The notes: generated by a model from the sequence alone, not told the origin. A stretch of 63,332 nt of DNA, filler included, from Folioceros fuciformis (GCA_049999805.1; 5 parts of 5 records of this genome joined end to end with filler, not necessarily neighbours in it), one strand, 5' to 3'. Numbered from the whole stretch's first letter, positions 26,063 through 38,000 are shown. Program-made: numbers and translations.

Positions 26063-26822
26063 AAAATCTCTCAACAAGATGTCTTGTGCAATAAGGAAAG
26101 TATGAGCTACATTTGCTGAAGCTCGGACTTAGGCCAATCCGAAGTTAATCCTTGTCCCTCAAGTGGAAGAATAGAGCGAATGCAAAGCATTTGTGGTAGG
26201 TCTGTTTGTTTGTAAAACAAGGCAGCTCTTGTGTTTGCCTAAGCTGGGTGGTCCCATCACTTGTGTGGAGAACATATCACAGCAGGGCAGCATTTCATTC
26301 ATGTGTTGGGCTTTCATAAGTCTATCCTAATCGAGCATGTGAGAAAACTTCTCCCCATGCATGGATGTGTTACTCACATCAGCCTGTCGGTATCTGTTGA
26401 ATGATGGCCATGGACTTTAATGGTTGACTCGTCAGGGCGCAACGGGTTGCGTTTCGAAGAAGTGTTTTCTTTGCCCTCCTGTGTGATGACCGAACCGTGG
26501 TGCATGAGGCTATGGTGTTCGAAGAGACCCTTGTATGCTGCCTGTCAGTGTAAATCATTTGCAGTATGTATGGTGACTCGAGATGAATTGACATGGGGCC
26601 ATCTCCAGTGGCTCGACTGGAGATGGCTTCAGGTGCTGAGAGATGTACAAAGGTTGCTGGAAGAATCCGGGTAGTTTGAACCAACCTTGGGCCAACAACG
26701 GAGGTGTCATGGCTAATGATGTTGCTGTGACCCTGTCCAGATTCAGGCTGCCGACGCAGGTTGCAGCTCCGCCATGCTGAGAGTGTACTCCTGTCGGATC
26801 CCCGCACGTGCCCTTGCGAGTC

Positions 26823-29800
26823 ATGGTTGTCTGGAGCTTGGTAACAGGAATCGTGAAAAGAGCTCCAGCTTACTTGACGTTCAGACACCAGCCACTGGCA
26901 AGGCACCGGAGAGCTAGGTACAGCACCGTTGCAAGAAAGCCTGCCCTTGTGAAATCGTGCCTGGCTGAGGACGTGCCTTCTCGGCCACAGGTGTCTTGGA
27001 ACCCAACATCGTGGTGGGTGATAGGTTCTGGGGGTTCTAGATTGCCGGATGATTCTACCCTTTACAGGGCTGCAGGATATGGGAGGGGAGTATCTCCTGA
27101 AACCGTGCGCGAGCTGTGTGATCAGGGTCGTGTGATTGAGGGTGTTGAGGCTCTGGGAGTTTTGGTGCAGACAGACGGTCGTGTTTCCAGATCTCTGTTT
27201 TATGCTGTCCTGAAGAAATGTGTTGTGCAGAAGGATCTTGTTCTGGGCCGTCGCTTGCATGCCTTTACGGTGGAAAAGGGGTACGAATCAGATACGTTCC
27301 TGGGCAACCATATCCTGCGAATGTATGCTGCTCATGGCAGGCTGCAAGACGCGATGGATGTGTTGGCAGTGGTTGGAAACCCGGATGCTTTCACCTGGTC
27401 TGCTATCATTTCTGCACATGTCAAAGATGGTCAAGACAGGCAGGCTGTAGAACTGTATCATCGGATGCGCAGGTCAGCTGGGAAGCCAGATGGCCATGTG
27501 TTTGTGACAGCTCTTCAGGCTTGTGCAATGGGATCAGACTTGGAAACGGGGAAGCAGGTGCATGCTGATGTGTTGGCCAGTGGCGTTGAGCCCGACGTGT
27601 TCGTATGTAGTGGCCTGGTAGACATGTATGCAAAGTGTGGCAGCTTGGGGGACGCTCGGAGTGTGTTTGACGGGCTTGGGAAGAAAAATGTTGTGACGTG
27701 GAATGCCATGTTAGGAGGGTATTCCCAGCACGGCCAGGGACAGGAAGCTTTGAGTCTGTACAGGGTTATGCAAGATGAAGGCATTGTTGCACCGGATGCG
27801 GTGACATTCGTGTGCCTCCTTCAGGCTTGTGGAAGTGCAGGCACCCTGGCCTTGGAGAAGGGGAAGGAGCTTCACGCACACATTAGAGAACAAGGACAAC
27901 AATTTGATGTGTCTGTTTGCAATAGTCTGGTGAACATGTATGCAAAGTGTGGCGACTTAGAGGACGCTTTGGAGGTGTTTGACGGGCTCCGCCAAAAAGA
28001 TGTGGTAACGTGGAATTCCATGATTTCAGGGTATTCCCAGCAGGGCATGGTCCACAAAGCCTTTCTTCTTTACAGGAGTATGCAGAATGATGGCGTTGTT
28101 ATACCAAACACTGTGACATTTTCATGCCTTCTGCAGGCTTGTGCAACTGCGGGCAGCCCAGCTTTGGAGAAGGGAAAGGAGCTTCATGCACAGATTAGAG
28201 ATCGAGGACACGAAGCGGTCTTAACCGTGGCCAACAGTTTGGTGACCATGTATGCCAAGTGTGGCAGCTTGGAAGATGCTAGAAGAGTGTTTGATGAACT
28301 TGGTCACAAGAATGTGGTGACATGGAACGCCATGATAGCAGGATATTCTCAGCACGCCATGGGCCACGAAGCCCTGCTTCTGTACAAGGCTATGCAGGAT
28401 GGCATCATTGCACCCGATTCTGTGACATTCGTGAGCCTCCTGCAGGCATGTGCGAGCATGGGTCATTCAGCTGTGGAGAGCGGGAAGGAGCTCCATGCAC
28501 AACTTAAAGAAGGGGGACATCAAACTGACGTGTTTGTAGCAAACAGCCTGGTGAACATGTACGCAAAGTGTGGCAGCTTGGAGGATGCTCAGGTAGTGTT
28601 CAATGGACTTAGTCAAAAGGACGTGGTGACATGGAATACCATGATAGCGGGATATTCTCAACAGGCTATGGGTCGGGAAGCCCTTTGTCTCTATGACCGT
28701 ATGGAAGACGAGGGCGGTGCCTCACCTGATCCTGTGACATTTGCGCACCTCCTGCAGGCGTGTGTGGTTTTGGGCATCCCTGGTTTGAAGAGGGGAAAGG
28801 AGATTCATGAGCAAATTGAACATCGAGGACATAGGTTGGATGCGTTTCTAGCCAGCAGGTTAGTGAACATGTATTCGAAGTGTGGCAGCTTGGAAGAAGC
28901 TCGGACTGTGTTTAATGGGCTTTGTCAAAAAGATGTGCTGACATGGAATGCCATGATAGCAGGGTATGCCCAGCAGGGGGTGGGGCAGGAAGTCCTTCGT
29001 CTGTACAGTTTGATGCAAGAAGATGGCACTAGTTTGCCCAATTCTGCAACATTTGTGTCCCTCCTGCAGGCGTGTGCGAGCATGGGGACCACAGCTTTAG
29101 AGGAAGGGAGGCATCTTCATGCACAAATATGTGATGGATGCCATCAAGCAGATACGTTCATAGCCAGCGGATTGGTGAACATGTATGCAAAGTGCGGTAG
29201 CTTGGAAGATGCTGAGGCAGTGTTTAACGGTCTTCATCAGAAAGAGGTCGCGACGTGGACTTCTCTTATTGCAGGTTATTCCCAGCAGGGCATGGGCCGG
29301 GAAGCCCTTCATCTCTACACGCTAATGCAAGAAGAAGGGATGGTTGAACCCGATTCTGTGACATTTGTGTGCCTCCTGCAGGCATGTGCAAGTGTCGGCA
29401 GCCCAGCTTTGGAGAAGGGGACGCAGCTTCATGTGCAAATTAGAGAAAGAGGGCATGAAGCTGACAAGTTTGTAGCTAACAGTTTGGTAAACATGTATGC
29501 AAAGTGTGGCAGCCTCGAAGCTGCTCGGAGAGTGTTTGACAGACTCGGTCAAAAAGATGTGCTGACATGGAATACCATGATAGCAGGGTATTCCCAGCAG
29601 GGCATGGGCCAAGAATCGCTTCATTTGTACAGTCTTATGCAGGAAAGAGGCACTGCTGCAGCTAATTCTGTTACATTCGTCTGTCTCCTCCAGGCATGTG
29701 CAAGTCTGCGTGGCCCAGGTTTGGACGAGGGGAAGTGGCTTCACGCACAAATCAGAGAAGGAGGACATGAAGCTGATGTGTCCGTCGCCAACAGCTTGGT

Positions 29801-31760
29801 ACACATGTATGCAAAGTGTGGTAGCCTTGAGGACGCCCAGAGAGTGTTTGATGGACTTGGTGCCAAAGATGTGGTCACATGGACTGCCTTAATGGCTGGA
29901 TATTCCCAGCACGGCTGGGCTGAAAAAACTCTTAGTCTCTACATTGCCATGCAAGAAGAGGGCCTTGCTATACCCAATTCTCTCACATTTGTGTCCCTCC
30001 TGCAGGCATGTGCAAGTATGGGGAGGCCCGCATTAGAGGAGGGGAGGAAACTTCATGCGGACGTCAAACAAAGAGGGCATGAAAGTGATCTGTTTGTAGC
30101 CAACAGTTTGATAAACATGTATGCAAAGTGTGGNNNNNNNNNNGATCTGTTTGTAGCCAACAGTTTGATAAACATGTATGCAAAGTGTGGCAGCTTAGAG
30201 GATGCTCAGAGGGTGTTTGACGGGGCTGGGAAAAAAGATACAGTGACGTGGAACGTCTTCATAGTAGCATATGCTGAGCAGGGCAAGAGCCAGGAAGCCC
30301 TTAATCTCTACTCTGCCATGCAGGAAGAAGGCACATCTCAACCCAGTTCTGTGACATTTGTGTGCCTCCTGCAGTTATGTGCACGTGCTGGAATATCAGC
30401 TTTGGAGAGAGGAAAACACCTTCATGAAAAAATTAGAGAATTGGGACTGGAGGCTGATGCGTTGGTTGCCAACAGTTTGGTGGACATGTATGCAAAGTGT
30501 GGCAGCCTAAAAGAGTCTGATAGGGTGTTTTACGAACTTGGGCAGAAGGATGTTGTGACATGGACTGCCTTGATTGCAGGGTATTGCCAACGTGGCATGA
30601 GTCAGGATGCGCTCCGTCTGTACGGGGCTATGCAAGATGAGGGCATTGCTGCACCCAATTCTGTGACATTTGTGTGCCTGCTGGTAGCATGTGCAGCTGA
30701 GGGCAGCCCCGCATTGGAGATGGGAAAACAGCTCCATGCACAGATTAGGGAGCGGGGATATGAAGCGGATATGTTTGTGGCCAGCAGCTTGGTAAACATG
30801 TATGCAAAGTGTGGGAGCATGGAAGATGCCCAGAGGGTGTTTGACAGACTTGTCGTAAAAGATGTGGTGGCATGGACTGCTCTAATTGCCGGGTACTCTC
30901 AGCAGGGGATGGGGGAGGAAGCTCTTCATTTGTACAACGCCATGCAAGAATCGGGCATGGCTGTACCAAATTCCGTGACGTTTGTCTGCCTCCTGCGTGC
31001 ATGTGCAAAGGTTGCAGCGTTGCATGTAGGAAGGCGGCTACATGCACAGATTGAAGAGCAAGGCCTTCAAGCTGATGCCTTTGTAGCTAGCAGTTTGATA
31101 AATATGTACGGGAAGGCTGGGAGCCTGGTTGATGCACAGCAGTTGTTTGATGCGGTTGTGGAAAGAGACGTTGTCACCTGGAATGCACTGATTGCAGGCT
31201 ACGCCTGTCAAGGTGACAGTGAAGCTGTCTTCAACTTGGTGCAGAGAATGGAAGACGATGGCGTACAGCCTATTGGCATCACGTTTCTCAGTGTTGTAAC
31301 GTCATGTAGCCATGCAGGTCTTGTGGACAAAGGGAAGGAGTACTTTCAGACTATGAGCTGCCACCACGGCATCACTCCCACAGTGGAGCATTACACATGC
31401 ATGGTGGATCTCCTGGGCCGTGCAGGTCATCTGGATGAGGCAGTAGGTATGATAAGGACAATGCCCGTGCTGCCTACTGCTGCAGTATGGCACGCTCTGT
31501 TGGGTGCCTGTCATAAGTGGAGCAACGCGGAGTTGGGACACCATGCTTTCCTCCAGGCGGTGAAGCTAGACAAGAGAGATGCAGCAGCATATGTTGCAAT
31601 GTCAAACATATACAACAATGCCCAGATGTGGGAGCAAGCAGAGAAGATGCAAGCCGCGAGAGTAAGAACGGGGGCCTGGAAATATCCAGGTCAGAGTTGC
31701 TGGACAGACATGGATGGACACGTGCATAGCTTTTTGGTCAGGGATGAGAAGTATTTCTAG
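26823..31760 (+). CDS. PLS-class PPR protein, E+ type ending after a WW-type PG box (no DYW catalytic domain), ~1645 aa as assembled; likely organelle RNA-editing specificity factor
   Basis: Intronless ORF with an Arg-rich presequence (RHRRARYSTV), about 12 P-L-S triplets plus P2-L2-S2 (EHYTCMVDLLGRAG), E1/E2, then KYPGQSCWTDMDGHVHSF and stop. Contains a 10-N gap with a 47-bp duplicated flank. Confidence 0.92.
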   Translation: MVVWSLVTGIVKRAPAYLTFRHQPLARHRRARYSTVARKPALVKSCLAEDVPSRPQVSWNPTSWWVIGSGGSRLPDDSTLYRAAGYGRGVSPETVRELCDQGRVIEGVEALGVLVQTDGRVSRSLFYAVLKKCVVQKDLVLGRRLHAFTVEKGYESDTFLGNHILRMYAAHGRLQDAMDVLAVVGNPDAFTWSAIISAHVKDGQDRQAVELYHRMRRSAGKPDGHVFVTALQACAMGSDLETGKQVHADVLASGVEPDVFVCSGLVDMYAKCGSLGDARSVFDGLGKKNVVTWNAMLGGYSQHGQGQEALSLYRVMQDEGIVAPDAVTFVCLLQACGSAGTLALEKGKELHAHIREQGQQFDVSVCNSLVNMYAKCGDLEDALEVFDGLRQKDVVTWNSMISGYSQQGMVHKAFLLYRSMQNDGVVIPNTVTFSCLLQACATAGSPALEKGKELHAQIRDRGHEAVLTVANSLVTMYAKCGSLEDARRVFDELGHKNVVTWNAMIAGYSQHAMGHEALLLYKAMQDGIIAPDSVTFVSLLQACASMGHSAVESGKELHAQLKEGGHQTDVFVANSLVNMYAKCGSLEDAQVVFNGLSQKDVVTWNTMIAGYSQQAMGREALCLYDRMEDEGGASPDPVTFAHLLQACVVLGIPGLKRGKEIHEQIEHRGHRLDAFLASRLVNMYSKCGSLEEARTVFNGLCQKDVLTWNAMIAGYAQQGVGQEVLRLYSLMQEDGTSLPNSATFVSLLQACASMGTTALEEGRHLHAQICDGCHQADTFIASGLVNMYAKCGSLEDAEAVFNGLHQKEVATWTSLIAGYSQQGMGREALHLYTLMQEEGMVEPDSVTFVCLLQACASVGSPALEKGTQLHVQIRERGHEADKFVANSLVNMYAKCGSLEAARRVFDRLGQKDVLTWNTMIAGYSQQGMGQESLHLYSLMQERGTAAANSVTFVCLLQACASLRGPGLDEGKWLHAQIREGGHEADVSVANSLVHMYAKCGSLEDAQRVFDGLGAKDVVTWTALMAGYSQHGWAEKTLSLYIAMQEEGLAIPNSLTFVSLLQACASMGRPALEEGRKLHADVKQRGHESDLFVANSLINMYAKCXXXXDLFVANSLINMYAKCGSLEDAQRVFDGAGKKDTVTWNVFIVAYAEQGKSQEALNLYSAMQEEGTSQPSSVTFVCLLQLCARAGISALERGKHLHEKIRELGLEADALVANSLVDMYAKCGSLKESDRVFYELGQKDVVTWTALIAGYCQRGMSQDALRLYGAMQDEGIAAPNSVTFVCLLVACAAEGSPALEMGKQLHAQIRERGYEADMFVASSLVNMYAKCGSMEDAQRVFDRLVVKDVVAWTALIAGYSQQGMGEEALHLYNAMQESGMAVPNSVTFVCLLRACAKVAALHVGRRLHAQIEEQGLQADAFVASSLINMYGKAGSLVDAQQLFDAVVERDVVTWNALIAGYACQGDSEAVFNLVQRMEDDGVQPIGITFLSVVTSCSHAGLVDKGKEYFQTMSCHHGITPTVEHYTCMVDLLGRAGHLDEAVGMIRTMPVLPTAAVWHALLGACHKWSNAELGHHAFLQAVKLDKRDAAAYVAMSNIYNNAQMWEQAEKMQAARVRTGAWKYPGQSCWTDMDGHVHSFLVRDEKYF

Positions 31761-31989
31761 GGTCTCGAGGCATGAAGAAGGATTTCTGCGCCATCTGATG
31801 ACGTTCTGCCCCATAGAAAATGGCGATGGTATTATCCAGTCCACCTGCCCTTGTGTAAGGGCCTGCAGTTTTTTCTGTCGCGTTAAATGATTCAACAGCC
31901 TGCAGTATACTTTGCATCCGTTGGCTTTTTCCCAGGGCTATCAGCTTTCATCATCCTTGCCCCGCTTGCAAGTATTGTAAATTTGGCTT

Positions 31990-32800
31990 TGAAATTGACA
32001 TGGTATAGGTGTAGCTACTAAGCATGGTATTGAAGTGAGTCTGGAGATGCAGCTCAGTATAAACCACGGGCTTCCTGCACGTCTCCTGCTGCGAATCAGC
32101 TTCTACTGGCATTATGGCATTCTCCGTCACACCTTTCTGATCCAGTTCGGTCCACGCACTCTCAGCATCCTCTGGGCTGCCGCACTTCGCGTACATGTCA
32201 ACCAAGCTGTTGGCTACCGACAGATCCTCTTCATATCCGTGTGCCCTGATTTGTGGTTGAAGATCCTTCCCCATTTTCAATGACTGGTTCCCAACAGCTG
32301 TACATACGTGCAAGAGGCACACAAATGTCGCAAAATTGGACTTACCGAACCTCTCTCCCCTCCCTACAGAGCTCTGTAAAGACCAAGAGCCTTCTGCCTC
32401 TCGCACTGCTTGAAGTATCCGGACATCATGGCACTTCTTGCCACCACAATCTTCTCACCACGCCGGGCAGACATGCCTTGAGCATCATCTTATGGTCTCC
32501 GCAGTTTGTATACATGTTTGCCAAACTGCTGCAACCAATAACAAGGACTGAAGTCCTCGTTCTCTTACTTGAGGATGCCGCTGCCTCCCCTTCCAGCTTG
32601 TACATGCCTCCAGCAGGCACACAAAGGTCACAGAGTCTGGTGGAGCCAGGCATGCCTTCCTTGTGCAAGCCTTGCGCAATCTTGCAGAGCTGCTGTAAGC
32701 TGCCATTTTGCTTCAAGCTTGAGCTGCGGAACCGAAGATTTGGTTGCGTAGCCTTTCTGTCTTCACTTTCTTAGCACGCGCAGAACGCATCTGGCCTACT
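31990..32800 (-). pseudogene. Degraded PLS-PPR paralog, inverted and tail-to-tail with the large PPR gene
   Basis: Fragments PDSVTFVCLLEAC, SSLANMYTNCG and TFVCLLHVC..GKDLQPQIRAHGYEEDLSVANSLVDMYAKCGSPEDA in shifting frames. Confidence 0.8.
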
Positions 32801-33446
32801 CCCAGATTCAACAAATGCATACAACATTCTCGTCACCTGGAGTGAGACATCAACGTCAGCCGCAAATCCTTCTTATCCAGGCACTGAGAATAATGTAAAA
32901 CAAAAAGAAGGCAACTGTGTGCACCAGAAACCTGACAGCCTCTCAGAGAGCTGGCTCCGCTGACATACTTGCGTCAGGATCATTCCGTACGCTGCAGGCC
33001 TGGCAAGGTCGAGTTGATTTGCCGGCACGCTGCAGTGACAGTCAAGTCTCGACTGCATGCAGCCAGCTGCGACACTAGCCCAGCCCGCCAGTTGTGGTCG
33101 TCTAGGTTGATTAAAAAGACCCTCCAATTTCCCGGGGCTTCAAACTGAGCTGAGAAGAAGCTGAGAGGTTCGGAGCTCCCGGCCATCTTTCTTCCAGCGT
33201 ACGATGCATTCTGAGCTTCTTGTTCCATCTTGACAGAGGCGGAAGGGGTTTTCCTACCTTCTTGCTCCAGGTGTGCTCTCCACCATGCGCGAAGGAATTG
33301 CCAAACTAGCCTTGCGTCACCGTCATCTTCCATCTCTCGGCAGCCGCGTCGGAGCGTGAGCTTCGTGCCACCCACCCACATTCTTGATGCACAGCGTGTA
33401 CACCACCATGTGAAATCGCCAGAAACGCGAATTCCGGTCACCACAG

Positions 33447-34478
33447 ATGGGTTGCATGGGGTCCCGCCCGAGGGGTGTTGATGGTAAGCACGTATTTCTC
33501 TCGTCGCCAATTTCAGGCCTGCTGCATCTGCTGCATCTGCTGCAGGCTTCTTGTACATTACTCGGGGTGATGTCTGTGCAGGATCTGTGTTCCTCAGGTA
33601 AAATTCCGGTCTGCATGTTGCATTGAGAGGGATGTTGCTTGCAGCTCCCCCTTATGGCTCGGAGCTTAGTTTTGAGAGCTGGATCTCCCGGTAGGGCTCG
33701 GAATTCGTTGTGACCTTCCCGAGCTAGTGGTTGTTGTTTGTGAATCACCCAGAGAGGCAGAGCGCTGAGCTTCTGCAGCGTGTGGAGTCTTGCATGCTGG
33801 TGCGGGGTGCAGTAATTCAGTTATTTCCCTGGGAAGCTGAAGGCTAGCTGCCCTTGAGTGCGCTCGGCAGAGAAAATCAGAAGGATTTTTTCTCACAAAT
33901 GTAGAGCTACGCTTTGTAGTCTGGCTGCTGTGCAACTACTGTACTGTGCTTGCAAGTTGTACGATGCATGCTAATTGTTGTCTCCAGGTCATCCGAAGAA
34001 GCTAAAAAAGCCTAAGCCATGGAAGTCACAGGATCCTCTAAATCGTGTACAACTGAAACAAATGCGTGAAGAGTTTTGGGACACCGCCCCTCATTATGGG
34101 GGCCAGAAAGGTAGTTTCGCTATGTCTGGAAGTGGCCAGGCATGTTCCAACCCATGAATTCCATACTAATAGAATCGCTACATGGCAGAGATATGGGATG
34201 CCCTTCGAGCTGCAGCTGAGGCTGACTTGAACCTTGCCCAAGCTATTGTTGACAGTGCTGGAATCATTGTTACCTCTGAGGATCTGTCAACTTGCTATGA
34301 CGAAAGAGGTAAATGGTTTCCTTGCGTTTGTGTGGTTGTGCTTGCATACCTCAGTTTCTTGTCAAAGACTTGTCCCAGCGAATGTGGTATTCATCCGAAG
34401 TGTTTGCATTGTGCAGGTGCAAAGTATGACCTACCGAAATATGTTCTAACGGAGCCAACTAATCTGAAGGATGAGTAG
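33447..34478 (+). CDS. UBTD/DC-UbP-like ubiquitin-binding-domain protein; exons 33447-33483, 33988-34110, 34189-34308, 34417-34478
   Basis: MGCMGS N-acylation-type start, then KPKPWK...LKQMREEFWDTAPHYGGQK|EIWDALRAAAE...CYDERG|AKYDLPKYVL.EP.NL. Three phase-1 GT-AG introns. Confidence 0.9.
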
Positions 34479-35042
34479 GACGAGGCCTTTGAGATTTTCT
34501 GTTTTACCCTGCAGCCCCTTGTCGTTGTTTGTTCTTAGAGATTTTCTATTTCTAGTCCTCGCCTGTAGGCTCAGTGGATTTATGTGCGTACCTAACGATT
34601 GCAAGGAGGCCACATACTGGGCTATGCATCAAGTCCATTATACAAAAATGTCAAACTTTGGCATGGTGAGTGGACTGGAGCACACCCATTCGTTTCCCCA
34701 ACGTCCTGTCGTCCTGATTGACAAGCCAGGCGAGCATGGCGCTCTGTAGTCATCGAAATGGTTGTCACCATTATGGTGTAATGACCCACCTGGGCAAGCT
34801 GCGTGCAAATCCAGCAGCGCAGTTTAAGTACTTGGGCTTGTCCAGGCCTTAACCGTCTAATCCACTCTACCGAGGGACGATTGAAACATTTTGGTGTTCG
34901 CTCACAGTCCAGCTATGGCATACACACAAAATCGAAGAACATGTGCGATTTCGAGCACCGTTACAACCCCGGACGGAATTCCTGACCCGGCCACGGGACC
35001 TTGTCTATTACCCGTGTGTGCTAATTCTAGATTGCCTTGTTC

Positions 35043-38000
35043 TCAAGGTCGACCTTCACAGCTGCAACAACCAGCTGCAAATCGATGGACGCGGTACCCA
35101 TCCCTTACAACAATGTCTCTCTTCTCAACCCGGGACAGGATCTGGGTGGAACTGTGGCAGTCACTACACATGCGTAAATTCTTGGTTACCAAAAGAGGCG
35201 TGCCGCTGGGAGTGTTCAAGAGACCAAACGCTAGAGCTAGTTTCTCAGCATGCCCACAAAGCGCATCTTCTTTTTCTCTCTCGGAGACAGTCTTCAACAC
35301 CAATTTAGTGTGTGGTACGTGACCTCCTTCTTCTTTCAGACGGGCATTCATGGTCTGTACCCTCAGAGAAATATCCTCTCTGTTTTCTCCGACCACAAAT
35401 CTATGTACCTGTTTCTTTATCTCAATGCCTGCTACTGCATGTTTCTTGGTAGCTCCTGCTACAAGTCTCTGCGCTTCAACCTTGTCCGCATCTGTCCATC
35501 TCCCTGCATCTGCATACACATTGGCCATGAGCACATATGTGGAAGCTCTCTGGGGGTCCAGCCTAACAAGACTTTCGAAACACCGTGCCGCCCTCTCTAC
35601 ATCCCCGTGACTTTTGCAAGCATTCAACAAAGCCGTCAAGCCCACAACATTATTGTGGCTCTCACATGACAACAGCATCTTCTCTGCCTCATCTAATTGG
35701 CCTGCGCGCCCAAGCAGATCAATCATACAAGTGTAATGCTCAATAGTGGGTTTGATGCCATGACGTTCCACCATGACATCAAAGTACTTGCGACCCTCAG
35801 CCACAAGTCCCTGATGACTGCATGCTACTAGAAGACAGGTGAAAGTAACATCATTGGGCTGAAAACCAGCGACTAACATCTCCTCAAAACAAGCCAGTGC
35901 GCTGTGGCCTTCATCACAACTTCCGCACCCACCTATGAGTGCATTCCATGTTACCACATCCTTTGCGGCCAAACAGTCAAAAACCCTGCGCGCCTCTTCC
36001 AGTTCGCCACATTTTGCATACATGTCCACCAGTGAGTTGCCCACCAGTGCTTCATCTAGCTGTCCTCTTTCCACAATCTGTGAGTGCAGTTGCCTCCCCA
36101 GTTGTAAGGCACCAGCACTCGCACAGGCATTCAGAAGGCAAGCAAACGTGACATTGTCAGCCCGAAGTAGGTCTTCCTCCTCCATGTGTTCAAACAGAAC
36201 AAATGCCTCCTGACAGAGACCCTGCTGTGCATACCCAGCTATCAGGGCATTCCATGTCACCACGTCCTTCTTGCCCAGATTGTCAAAGACTCTGCGCGCA
36301 TCCTCAACTTCACCACATTTTACGTACATGTCTACCAAGCAGGTGCCCACTACCAAGTCACCTTCTAGCTGTTCCCTTCCTGCAAGCTGAGAGTGCAGCT
36401 GCCTGCCCTTCTGTAACGCACCACTGCTTGCACAGGCCATCAAGAGGCAAGCAAAAGTAAAATGGTCTGCCAAAATCAGGCCCTCCTGCTCCATTTGCTC
36501 ATACAGACTAAGCGCCTCTTGACCAAGCCCACGTTTTGCATACCCGGAAATAAGGGCATTCCATGTCACCACATCCTTTTTAGCCAAGCTGTCAAAGATC
36601 CGGTGTGCCTCTTCCAGTTCCCCACATTTAGCATACATATCCACCAGGCAGGTGCCCACCAATAAATCATCGAATAATCCTCTTTCCACAATCTCGGAGT
36701 GCAGCTGCTTGCCCTTCTGTAGGGCACCAGCGCTTGCGCAGGCCTTTAGTAGGCAGGAGTAAGTAACATTGTTAGCCGAAATCAGGCCCTCCTGCTCCAT
36801 CTGTCCATACAGAACAAGCGCCTCTTGACCAAGTCCGTGATCTGCATATCCTGCTATCAAGGCTGTCCATGTCACCACATCCTTTGTGGCCAACTTGTCA
36901 AAAATCTGGCGGGCCTCTTCTGGTTCCCCACATTTTGCGTACATGTCCACCAAGCAGGTGCCCACCATTTTGTTATCTAGCTGTCCTCTTTCCACGATCT
37001 GTGAGTGCAGCTGCCTGCCTTTCTGTAAGTCGCCAGTGCTTGCACAGGCCTTCAGGAGGCAAGCAAAAGTAACATGATCAGCCAGAACGAGGCCTTCCTC
37101 CTCCATTTGTCCGTACAGAACAAGGGCTTCTTGACCAAGCCCATGATTTGCATATCCAGCTATCAGGATCGTCCACGTTACGACATCCCTTCTCAATAAG
37201 CTGTCAAAGGCCAGGCGTGCATCTTCAAGTTCGCCACATTTTGCATACATGTCCACCAGGCAGTTGCTCACAACTATGCTATCTAGCTGTCCTCTTGCCA
37301 CAATCCGCGAGTGCAGCTGCCTGCCCTTGTGTAAGGCACTAGGGTTTCCACAGGCCTTCAGAAGGCAAGCGAAGGTAAAATGGTCAGCCAGATTCAGGCC
37401 CTCCTGCTCCATCTGTTCATACAGAGCAAAGGCCTCTTGATCTAACCCATGCTTTGCATACCCAGCAATCAGGGCATTCCATGTCACCACATCTTTTGTG
37501 GCCAGACTGTCAAAGACACGGCGAGCATCTCCTAGTTCTCCACATTTCGCATACATATCCACTAGGCCGCTGCCAACAAACAAATCAGGAGGGATACCAC
37601 TATGCAACACATCGTAGTGTACTTTTCTGCCAGCCTCCAAGTCGGCGGCAAATGCAGAGGCTTGAAGGGCAGCCACAAAAACGTGAGCATTCCCTTCCTC
37701 ACCCGAGCTGCGCATCTCATGGTACAGTTGAATGGCTTCATTGGGTTTGCCAAGTTTAGTATGTGCAGTGATTATAGACGACCACATGAAGGGATCTGGT
37801 TTGCGCACCATATTGAACACTTTCATGGCCTCTTGTAGCCTACCTGAGCCTGAATACATGCGCAGGATATGATTCCCCAAGAACGTATCCGACTCGTACC
37901 CAAGCCTGACAACGACATCGTGAACTCGTCGCCCAACAACCAGATTCCTCTTAGCTGAACAGAGTTTCAGCACGTTAAAAAGCAGGGACTGGGAAATCAC

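Noticed and set aside
26379-27260. 293-aa minus-strand ORF, and other ORFs antisense to the PPR and pol genes
   Set aside because: Shadow frames of real coding sequence with no motifs.
30087-30190. Apparent tandem duplication of an S motif within the large PPR
   Set aside because: Identical 47-mer on both sides of a 10-N gap, i.e. an assembly overlap or cycle artefact.
31760-31950. Possible frameshifted DYW domain after the large PPR stop
   Set aside because: No HxE or CxxCH motif found downstream on the coding strand.
32980-33558. 192-aa minus ORF with LVWQFLRAWW, superficially PDF-like
   Set aside because: Lacks the P..WWD.R and PDF residues and overlaps UBTD exon 1; similarity too weak.
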